Origin: Eledone cirrhosa
Taxonomy: Eukaryota
Direction of reading: 5' to 3'
DNA length: 64,000 nt
Assembly: GCA_964016885.1 (NCBI GenBank)
Contig: OZ024741.1
Span: 234,484,001-234,548,000 of the forward strand
The notes below the pieces were generated by a model. That model worked only from the letters and a program-made list of their open reading frames with translations, did no database searches and was not told where the DNA came from. This document shows positions 53,906-64,000 of this stretch, one piece after another (positions within the stretch are counted from its first letter, which is position 1; every line of letters begins with the position of its first letter). The position numbers and the translations under genes were made by a program.

Positions 53906-54179
53906 TAGTTACTTGAGTGTGATTTCATATTATGAAAGAATGAGCCTTTGATATGTGAATACAGTGATATATATTTTTTGATACATGGTGTTAGTAATAC
54001 ATTAACAAAAGTTCCAGTTTTATAGACATTATTGACAAAACCACATATCCTCCATTAACAGAGCTATGATATGATGCATGTACAAGATCTGATAATGGTG
54101 AATACCAGCTTTTGTCAATTGAAATAGGCAGTTTTTTTTTTTAATGCATTACTAATACCATGTATTAAAATATATAATA

Positions 54180-54772
54180 CTAGCAGTGGTACCCGGCGTT
54201 GCACGGGATAAGGTATTGTGAAATATATAACCGCTTTAGCTAAGCTTAGTATTGCCACAACCACGGCTGGCAAAGAAGTAAGGGTCTGGTGGTACGTAAG
54301 TAAGCAACACTGTGGCTTAAAACATGAGGAAGAAGTTGTGTGCACTTACCAACTGTTTGGGGAATGAGTGTGAGATTTGTCTTGAGCAAGGGTGGCAGAA
54401 TAACCGGAGGCAGCAGACAGCAGACATACAGACAGATATTATAAGGGCGCGTTCTGGACGCAGAGCGAATTGTAGAAAGTGACGTAATGCAGACAGCTAG
54501 ACATACAGACAGATATTATAAGGGCGCAACGTTATATGTATGTATCTATCTAAAAAGTGAAAGACTAAGAATTATATAGAGAGATCGCTAAATCGCCTAA
54601 TGCGGTCCCTAGGGCATTGAAAATTTGAAATTTTTTTTGCTCAGAACACACCCTGAAACATAAGTATTACATGTGTAAAGTTTGAAAACAGTCGGTTGGG
54701 TGCTTCTCTAGTTTTAGGGATTCAAACTCACACACACACGCAGACAGACATCCTCAGTTTTATATATATAGA
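54180..54772 (-). mobile_element. Non-autonomous Helitron
   Basis: Minus strand begins TCTATATATATAAAA and ends cccgtgcaacgccggg hairpin + CTAG; inserted between A and T; internal 38-bp direct repeat. Confidence 0.85.
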
Positions 54773-55230
54773 TATCTGTGGCTTGTGGGGCAGTAGTGTA
54801 TAGTAAGTTAATAACTTGCCATATATTGTAACTTATTGCAGTTCATTCTATACACATATAGTAAGTTTATGATTTATACTAAGAAAATGAGCTGGAATAA
54901 AATATAAATAGAAGCAATTGTAGGTGTGGTTGTGTGGTTAAATGATTTGTTTTGCAAATACTTCCTAATGGATTCCATCTCACTGTGTCTTTTATTATAA
55001 CATCAAGCTGACCACTGTAATGAAGCCTGCCGTATGTGTGTGTATAGGTAAATACCCCTAGAGATGTAAAATTTGAACACTTTTTTACGTTTCTGAAGAA
55101 GTATTTTACCTGATCTTCTAAGGTATTATTTATAGGGATTGACTGTTGATAAAGTTATTTTCTGCAATTTGAATTCTCACATTTTCAAATTTCAACTCAC
55201 CCAAGCACTTCCATAATTCATGAAATTGAT

Positions 55231-56512
55231 ATACGTGATCCAAAAAAACACTGCCCCATTTTTATTTTTGTCTACATTATTAATTTTTTTGACAAAACCT
55301 GATGAAACTCTGAATATATTTTGTTCAAACCATTAAAAACAATGCTATCTTCTGATATTTGTGACCAGAGTTACAGCACATGTTCCAAATGTTCCCCATT
55401 TGAATCCATGCATCTTTTGTGGTGCATGAAGTTTAGCATAACATCTTTACAACTAGACCTTGGGAAGTCTCTGATCTCCTCCCTAATGTTTTCCTTTTTT
55501 TAGTGATTTGGGATTGTTGACATATAACCTATCCTTCAGATAGCTACAAAGAAAGAAATTGAGGAGCTTAAATCAATCTTTAAACTGATCACATAATTTC
55601 TAAAGTTATTTTTCAGCCGTTTTCATGACTCATTGAGGATGTGAAGGCTTACTCCATCTTGCTGGAACTAATACATTAGATATGGGTACATCGTCTGTAG
55701 CTCCTTTTTGAACTCTTCTAGGACCTCCACATAGCGTTCTTTTGTGACCGTAATAGTGGTGCTATTTTCTTCGAAGAAGAATGGGCCAATCAATTCTCTC
55801 AGAAAAGGCAGCCCAGACATTTCATTAAGCTGAGTGGAGAGGCTTCACAGCCACTTTAGTAGGTTTCTCTGACCCCCAGAACACATGGTTCTTAGAGTTG
55901 ATCTTCCCGTTTAAGTGAAAATGGGCTTCATCGGAGGTCCATAGCGAATTCAGAAAATTTGGGTTGTTTTCCATTTTCTCAGCCATAGCCTTTCTCTTGG
56001 TCTTATCAGCTACATTAAGCTTTTGTTTAGTCTGTATTCTGTAAGAGTACTTTTTAAGATCCTCTTAACCAACCCTTCTGCAAATTTCTGTGGAGAAACC
56101 CAAAGATTGGCTTCTCCTGTACAGCGATCATTTTGGGCTCTGTTCAACAGACTCTTGAACCATGTCAATAACTTCCTGTGTACACTTCCTGGGTTTTTCA
56201 GAGTGAGTAGGACATTCCTCAGACATTGTATTGAGATTCTCCGTCTCAAACTTCTTCCCCTAGGTTTGTATGTTGGTTTTGAAGAGAGATTTGTTCATTC
56301 CTAAAAATGCATGAAATTGCTCCTGGATCTGCTTGTATGAGACACACTTATAGTAGTGTTTCACACTGAAAATTTGGCCCTGGAGCTCCTATTGGAGTCT
56401 TGTTGTCTTTTCAGATGTATCTGCCATATCCTGAAATTTAAGGAGGATCGGTTAGAAAATGAATATACAGTGACACAAAATGTACAAGGGGGCTAGTTTT
56501 TTCAGGTCACCC
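55231..56512 (-). mobile_element. Decayed Tc1/mariner (maT/rosa-like) transposon
   Basis: Minus relics LWTSDEAHFHLNGKINSKNHVFWGSEKP, IGPFFFEE, FQQDG; degenerate TIRs near 55232 and 56488-56512. Confidence 0.75.
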
Positions 56513-57214
56513 AAACGTCATCATCATTATCATCATTAAAATTATTTCAGGTTCATTGTTCCATGTTAGCATATATATATATATAGAGAGAGTTTTGTAT
56601 ATGTACATACACATGCACACATGCGAACACACACACAAACCAAAACACAACACGTGTTTTTGTTTTTCCTCTAAAAAAGTCACTTCATGGTATTAAACAG
56701 ATATTTATATATCTGAGACAAACTTTTTTTTTTCCAGAAAATATTTTCGAACATTTTGTACTCTGACATTTCATAAATTACTTCCCCATCCCTACCACCA
56801 CCACCATAAGCGGTATCATCAAACAAACAAGATTGTGATTCATTGATAACTTCTGGAGGTGGCACTATTTTCCAAATAAATTTTTGTCTTCTTTTTCTCG
56901 TTCTCTTTTACTTTCCTAACTGTACAAACTTTCTCAATTTTTATGAAGAAAAAAACATGTTGCTTTTGATGCAAAAAAAAAAAACGTTTTAATTACAAAA
57001 TGTAAAATATTTAGTTTTTTTTATGGAAAGTATTCAGTAATTTTGTATGTTTTTAGCCAGTGCCGAGAAATATGGGAGCCATTTTGGAAATGGTGTGTTA
57101 GACAAAATACAGCATTTTTTTACCATCGTTTTCACACAGATATATCCACACCAAGGTTCTGTGACTGCCAGTGGTGAACAGATGATCTGCACTCTCTCTT
57201 TTTTTCACTGATAT

Positions 57215-57510
57215 CCAAGTCCTTGGTTTCAATAGCTGCTATGCATGACTGTGGCTTTTAACTGGTTGATCACCCTCGCTATTCTCATGATTTGTTCCCC
57301 TCTGATTATCATCTGTTCCCCAATATGAAAAAACACTTGGCTGGGAACCAGCATTGCAGTGATGATGATGTCATATCTGCTGTTGATGACTCCAAACACT
57401 GCAACATTGATGGAAGAAGTATGTGGATCACAAGGGGGACTATGTTGAAAAATAAATTTCATTTGGTCACATTCCATGAGAGTTTCTTGGGCAGCCTATG
57501 AACTTTTCAT
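57215..57510 (+). mobile_element. Mariner (D,D34D) transposase 3' fragment
   Basis: HPRYSHDLFPSDYHLFPNMKKHLAG resembles the YSPDLAPSDYHLF motif. Confidence 0.8.
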
Positions 57511-58458
57511 ACCTTCACTGATAGTGGAATGGTGACCAGCTCCGTCTCCTTCCTTCTCTCATCATTTTGTTTCCTTTCCAGTGTTCTATCTATCATGGTT
57601 TCTACACCCTCCAGAACTCTTAAAAATTAAATGTATTGGTTATTGATAAGAAATCATCACACTACATTTATCACTTCATCCCCTCATATCAAAGTTCTCT
57701 GTTGTATTGGTTCTCTTTTTTTCTCTCCTACATCTCAGTATTTCTTATATATGTTTGTGTGTCTGTGTCTTTATCCATCTTCCACTTCTCTCTCTTTTTC
57801 TCTCTCATGATAGATGGATGTATATGTAGAGAGACCTCCTTAAACCCCTCTCTCTCTCTCTCACCTCTTGTGTTTCTCTCTATACCTATCTTTTGCTGCC
57901 CCCGCCCTCCTCATTTCACTACATCCCCCATCTCATTCTTCCAACTGTTGATCCTGATTCTCTCAAGTTTTCCCCTCTATTGTGGTACTGACACATTTGA
58001 CACAATGGACCTACTGTACACACCCACACACACACTTATAACCAATATGTAAGAGAGACTTCTCACCTACCATCCCCAATTATTTTTTTCACCAGTCATT
58101 CTCTCTCTCTCACTCTCCCTCTCCCCTCCTATTACTTCAGTTCTTGTACAAAACATAACCAATCCCACACCATTCATTTAATGTGCCCTCTTCTCCACCC
58201 TTTCATTGCCATTACTACTTGTCTTTCTTCTTCCTGACCCTATATTAACCACTTTGTATACAGAACTGTATACCTCTAACTTATCTTCTCTGTCTATGTT
58301 TTCTTTCCATCCCCCAAACTAAAGAAGTTCAACTCATATCTACTTTTCCAAATTATATCTTTCATTTCATTTGGGTGTCTCTGAAATGGCTATGAACACT
58401 GTTCCTTCTCATCTTTAGATTAACCAATAAAAACTCCTCAGCATGCTGGCATGTCTCA

Positions 58459-58595
58459 GTATGTTGGCCACTCCCCAATATATTGACCACTCCCACCTAT
58501 GTTGGCCACTCCCACCTATGTTGGCCACTCTCATCTGTGTTGACCACTCCTTACTATGTTGATCATTCTCTAACCCAATATGTTGACTACTCCCT
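58459..58595. repeat. 19-bp minisatellite (tatgttggccactcccacc), ~7 copies
   Basis: Direct inspection. Confidence 0.85.
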
Positions 58596-58653
58596 AAATG
58601 ATTGAGACATTTCTTGATGGGGAAGGCCACCTAGTTAACTTATCTCTCTAGCC

Positions 58654-59183
58654 CAGAGGTGGGAAACCTTTTCATGTTGAAATGTCACATTCAAGAAACG
58701 ATAATTATATATTCTTTAAAATCTGCATTATTTTATAAAAATCTAATTACTATGTACTAATTATCTATAAAACAAAAACAAAATTAATTTTAAAGCAATG
58801 ACTTTGTTGTGACTGCTGGTTGTAGGAAAACATTTTGATATTTGGTTGCAGCATGAAGGTCTGAACTTTCAAATAAGAATTTAATGTATATTCTAGAATC
58901 GCATTAGAACTAAAACATAAACGTAGAAACTGCTGAAATGGCCCTTATGACCTACTATGTTTTTTAAATTCTGGCTGTCTGTTAGTGTGGATTATTTCAG
59001 TGAATTTTCTTTTACTCTTTGGTATTTAAAATACATTCATCTTATGGTTTAATAATAAGAGATAGACAAAAACATAGTAATAAAAATTTCTAATTTGTTA
59101 GAAATTTTTGATCTTTCAAAAGGTCGCACATAATGGCATAGAAGGCCACATGCGGCCTTAAGGCTGCGGGTTCCCCATCTCTG
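58654..59183. mobile_element. Non-autonomous hAT (Charlie-like) element
   Basis: TIRs cagaggtgggaaacc / ggttccccatctctg; perfect 8-bp TSD ctctagcc at 58646-58653 and 59184-59191. Confidence 0.9.
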
Positions 59184-59604
59184 CTCTAGCCCTACAAGCT
59201 TTTTTTGGTCTAATATTCAGGCAATCTTCTATTAATACTTAACCCTTTCATTACAGTATTTTTAATGAAAAACTTTGTATTTTAATTAATTAATTAATGA
59301 AGAATTTAAGAAGGATTTACTAAAATTATTTTGGAAAGTTTTAATTTAAGTAGGAACCCTTGAAAATGGGTGGTTTTGTTTCTTAGAAGCAAAGGCAGTT
59401 TTGGGGTGGATTGTATCAAAGAGCTAAGCAAGTCTCTGTCCCTACTAAATATTAAAAGAAGATGAATGAGATACACTGAAACCAACTGGTCTGTTTGACC
59501 ATTCTCCTAATCCGATGTATCTTCTTCTGCTACAGGAAAAACCAACAGACGAGCTGATTTGAAAGGTGATAATGGTAATGTTGCTAATGACAATAATATT
59601 ATTA

Positions 59605-59820
59605 ATATGTTTTCTAGTTTAGACACAAGGCCAACAATTTTTTTGGGGGGAATAGAAAGTTGATTACATCAACCCCAATTCGTGACTGGTACTTTATTTT
59701 TTTCAACCCCAGAATGATGAGGAGCAAAGTTGACCATGATAAGATTTGAACTCAGAATATAAAGAGCCAAAACAAATACCGCCAGGCATTTTGTCTGATG
59801 CTCTCACAATTCTGCCAGTC
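59605..59820 (-). mobile_element. tRNA-derived SINE copy
   Basis: gatttgaactcagaa (B-box antisense), gactggtactttatt; plus-strand relatives at 63145-63510. Confidence 0.75.
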
Positions 59821-60124
59821 AATAATAGTAATTAGATTTGTAATATATATATCCACTGACCCTCATAATTTTGAGGTGATATATAATTAATTATGTTGAC
59901 CCAATACATGACTGGTACTTTATTTTATTGACCAGAGAACCTAAAGTCTGTCTCAAGCCCAAAGGCTCATCAGGCCGGTGCTTATCCTGGTTTCCATGGC
60001 GTTAAGCAACTGAGAGTACAATACTCCCCTCTGGACAGGATGCCAGACCATCACAGGAGAACCTAATGAGACATAACTAAATACTGTTTCTACCAATCCA
60101 ATAATAATAATAATAATATTTTAT

Positions 60125-60530
60125 ATAGGCATAATAATGCTTTCTTTATTAACCACAAGGGTTTACATAAAGTAGACATTAAGGACAATACAGGACGGTA
60201 CAAATGGGCATTTCTGTGTGTAAAAAACAAAAACAGAGGATGTAACAAATAAATAACAATGAAAAATTCCCCAATAGGGGGGAGACTTCCAAGGGGCATT
60301 TGTGGAGAAAGCCCATTAAACGCCACAGTGACCCTGACCACCAGGGCAAGTGCCCTCTCCCAGTTTTCCACCTTTAATTTACAGACACATACTCAGAGTA
60401 GGTCCATTCACTCGGGCCATTCTTGCCTCTCTCACGCATCTTTCAACAAAATGCTGGGAAGAGAGCACTTCCCTCTCTACCCTGATTTTCCTTTTCAAAT
60501 GAAATTTGAAAAAGTTAATAATAATAGAGA
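60125..60530 (-). mobile_element. L1/Tx1-like LINE 3' end
   Basis: Minus reading IINFFKFHLKRKIRVEREVLSSQHFVER..ARMARVNGPTLSMCL* then 3'UTR with aataaa. Confidence 0.5.
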
Positions 60531-60767
60531 GGAAAAGTCAGTTATATAGATTCTCACTTCACAGTTGTTGACGGGTACTTTATTTCATCAACCCCAGAAG
60601 GATTTGAATTCAGAACTTAAAGCATGGAATCATAATAATAATAATAACTACATGTTGATAATTATCATGGCTCTTTATACAGCTGAAGAGTCCTCGACTC
60701 CTTTTATTACAAGTATTCTATGGCTAGATGCCCTTTCTATCACCAACCACTTTACAGGGTGTAATTA

Positions 60768-61243
60768 TGTATACTCAAATATAAGCCGACCCTTTATTTT
60801 ATGTCTGAGAAATAGGCAAAAATCCAAACCCTTGTGTATAAGCTGAGGCAGTTAATCAACACATTGTTTTGATGGTGTGGGTTTGAAATTCTAATGAGTG
60901 GATAATATATGTATGAAGTTTTAATATTTTGATATTTAAAATGTTTTGAGTGTCGTTTAGAGTATAGTTTTTCTTTCACAACTCCATTGGATAATTTTTT
61001 AACAATTTCTAACCATTTTGAAGGCCATATTCATTCAAAACATTAAAAAAACAATAGGAAAATCAAATTTCACCTCCAAATTAAAACTGATGTAATATTC
61101 CCCTCCAAAGTGAAACGATTTTAGCACCTCATTTACATAGAATAAAAGTTGGTGAAAATTGGCAAAATTTTGAATATAAACCGACCCTCCATTTTACTAT
61201 TTTTGGTCAATTATTTCTCGCCTTATATACAAGTACATACAGT
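60768..61243. mobile_element. Degenerate pogo/Tigger-like MITE
   Basis: tgtatactcaaatataagccgaccc (sub-terminal motif repeated at 61172) and reverse end ctcgccttatatacaagtacatacagta. Confidence 0.5.
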
Positions 61244-61469
61244 AATTTCTTATTAGGTATGTGGGTGCAGTTATTTCTGTCATTCTCAGTTTATCACCAG
61301 TATAAATCTTATTTATGTCACACACAGTCAACTATGGTAGTATTTTAACTCAGAATGTTGAAATGTGAAATTAAAGACTATAAGCTATTTAGGCTGGTAT
61401 TCTATTGATTCTACTAAACTGTCTACCATTCTTTGAAACATTGAGTTGGTCAATTTATATATATATATT

Positions 61470-61930
61470 CTTCATCTTCACCCACTTATTCCTGAGAGAA
61501 TCGTGGGGGCAGGGTCCTTAAACACTCCTTCCAATGAGTCCTGTCAGAAGCAGCCATCTCCATCTGATAGGGCTGAATCCCTAAGTGAGACCAGCCAAGC
61601 TCATGGATGTTATCCAACCATCTTGCTTAGGGTCTACCCCTGGGTCTCCTGCTGGTTGGATTTTGTCCATAAAATCTGTCCAGCGATTCTTTCCTGAGAC
61701 ATTCTAACCACATCCCCATAGTATCAGAGCTTTGATCTCTCAATTCGGAGTAGCAGCTCCACCTGGAGTGACTCTCTGATCTCCAAGCTATACACTCTAT
61801 TGAGTAATGTTACTCCAAAGACCCTTTGGAGGAACCCCAATTCAGCCGCTTGTATTCGCGATTGTATTCTTTCGGTCATTACCCAAGATACATGACAATA
61901 GGTAAGGGTTGGCTCGAACACCGAATTGAA
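61470..61930 (-). mobile_element. RTE-like LINE 3' fragment
   Basis: ORF FEPTLTYCHVSWVMTERIQSRIQAAELGFLQRV..LLLRIERSKL. Confidence 0.8.
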
Positions 61931-63144
61931 GATATATTTATCCCTTTTGGAATAAATATATTTTCAAATATATATATATATATAGAGAGAGAGACCAACT
62001 CAGCAGAAGAATGTTTATTATATATATATATTACTGCATAAGGTCAATATTGGCTGTTATAGTTGTTCTTTAGCCTCATGGTGTTCCAGTTGTTACCATT
62101 CTGCCTATATGCTGGGAACCCATGTCTTTTACTAAGCTGATAAGTTATGATTTCAGGGAAATTTGACAGTTATTTCTAGCAGGTTTAATGATCACAAAAT
62201 GATCTCTCACTAGCTCAATGTTAATTTTAACAGATGTAAGGCTTCTAATTTAGGGGTTGTGTAAAGTTAATTTAACTGACCAGTACTTGACATATTATAG
62301 TACTATATTTTGATACCCATCACCATGAGGATGGCAATGTTGATTTTATTCATTACACAAAAGTTCTAGGGCTTCCATCAGTCAGGTTTGATAATGCCTG
62401 CACATTCAAAAGTTCTTGAATGTGTAGGCAGCAGAGCAACAGTAGACTGTGGAGTAGACCAAGAGTTGATCCACAAAAAACCAGTAGTTGACTAACAATA
62501 GATCAACAGTAAACCAGCAGTAGACTAGCATTTGACCAATGGTAGACCATTTCAGGACACCTATTTCTGACGAGAGAGATTTATTCTGAAACCAGAAATT
62601 TGGCCCAAATGCTTGCAACAGAGTGGACTTCATTAATAACAGCCAAGGGCCAGGTTGTGGTATTAAACCAGCATAACAATGATCAGAAGCATTACACTGA
62701 TGACCATTACATCGTTTATTCCAATAGGATATTCATGACTTCATAATCCAATGTGCTATTCCTTTTGAAGACAGTAAGATGTGATTTGGGAGGAAATTTG
62801 GCTGCTATTTCTAGCAAATTGAACGATCACATGTAGTCTTCTATCATTGGTTTGTCCACTAAAATTTATTTCCAATGGTAGAGATCAGTATTAATTATCA
62901 TTGTCATTTATCCATAGGTGAACCATAATTAAGCAGAAGTATGGTTCAAGGCATTCCAGCTGTGACCATTTTATATTTTTCCTGTGCAGGGAATACAATA
63001 CCATATTAGCCAATTTGTACTTTTTCTAAGATGGGTAGGGTGTAATTTAAAAGAGTATTTGGCTGCTTTTTCTAGCTGGTCCGGCAACTAGGTAAAGGCT
63101 CCCTTGTTAGTTTTTAATGTTATTTTTATATTTGCTGTAGTTGG

Positions 63145-63610
63145 GTTGTGAATTGGCAGAGTTGTTAGAACACAGACAAAACCTTGGCAGTATTTGTTCT
63201 GACTCTCTACGTTCTGAGTTCAAATCCCACTGAAGTCAAGTACTGCAGTTGATATAATCGACAATCCCCTCTCCCTAAATTGCTGCCACTCTGTTAAAAT
63301 CTGAAACTATTATTAGGGCGGTAAATTGGCAATATTGGTATAGTAATGTGTTGCTGTAGTTATGAATTTCTACATTCTAAGTTTAAATCCTGTCGAGACC
63401 AACTTTGCCTTTTATCCTTATAGTACCAGTAAAGTACTGGAGTCAATTTAATCAACTTCCCCCTCTTCTCAAATTACAAGCCTTGTGACTAAATTAGAAA
63501 TTATTATTAGAATATTTTAACTAAAGTCAACTTCACCTTTCATCCATCCATGGGCAATAGAATATAGTACCAGTCATGTGCTCGGGTCAACTTAATCAAC
63601 TATTCTTCTC
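63145..63610 (+). mobile_element. Cluster of 2-3 tandem tRNA/CORE-type SINE relics
   Basis: aattggcaga..gttaga; cgttctgagttcaaatcc; caactttgcctttt; agtaccagt..gtactgg; (TTA)n tails. Confidence 0.7.
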
Positions 63611-64000
63611 TATATCTCTGACAGCATACTTTGTCAAAAATTAATATTATTTATATAAAGAATTATTAGACTCTTGTGGGTGACGTTCAGATCAGGGACC
63701 ATGGACAATTTTTAAATATCTTTGGTTTGACAGTGCTAGAGGAATATTAGCTATTCAAGACAAGCCCTACAGGTACAAAAGTGTCAACAGCGAAACCTGT
63801 ATGTGATGTGCACAAGACGACAAAACCGTCATGCAAACTATTCAGTATCCACGCATTACAGAATTGTAGACTTATGTTGAGCAGCTGTTATCATGTGTGG
63901 ATCTCATCAGGATGTCAACTGAATCTATAGTGAAAATCTATCACCTCCTTGGCAAGGAAGGGTGGAAAGTTTTCTTCTGTATAGTGGCTGTGGTAAAAGA

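Noticed and set aside
59536-59565. Possible 30-bp micro-exon (tacag|...aag|gtgata)
   Set aside because: Weak donor and no supporting neighbouring exons; cannot be supported without RNA data
59950-59980. CTGATGAG on the minus strand (also 63900-63912 minus and 28292 plus) as extra hammerheads
   Set aside because: No correctly placed GAAA box or stem I; the 28292 hit is inside RT coding sequence
63150-63235. tRNA gene
   Set aside because: A/B-box-like motifs belong to degenerate SINE heads; no cloverleaf can be formed

Overview
AT-rich animal genomic DNA, most consistent with a cephalopod (Octopus-like), judging by the tRNA/CORE-type SINE relics, RTE LINEs with (GAT)n tails, multi-kb (TA)n/(TATATG)n arrays and a polyQ C2H2 zinc-finger gene. 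About 40-45% of the window is TA-type microsatellite, and the long Y/I/M/C/V ORFs in the track are artefacts of it. Only one host coding region is well supported: a 603-aa C2H2 ZF protein (31782-33593) with Q46 and 10 intact fingers. The rest is mobile DNA: a nearly intact CR1/L2-group LINE ORF2; many copies of an RTE family with a PHD-like finger inserted inside RT; a twin-primed (5'-inverted) RTE with a 12-bp TSD; two Penelope-like elements (Neptune-type and Naiad-type); and Helitron, hAT, mariner, pogo-like and MITE relics. The most notable unexplained structure is a set of fold-back (hairpin) elements embedded in (TA)n. They carry minimal hammerhead-ribozyme cores, and two of them share a YY1-like motif and a codon-conserved peptide start ([19 protein letters not shown]). 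They look like a TA-microsatellite-associated, ribozyme-bearing Penelope-like system. All family assignments come from motif recognition by eye; no database search was run.
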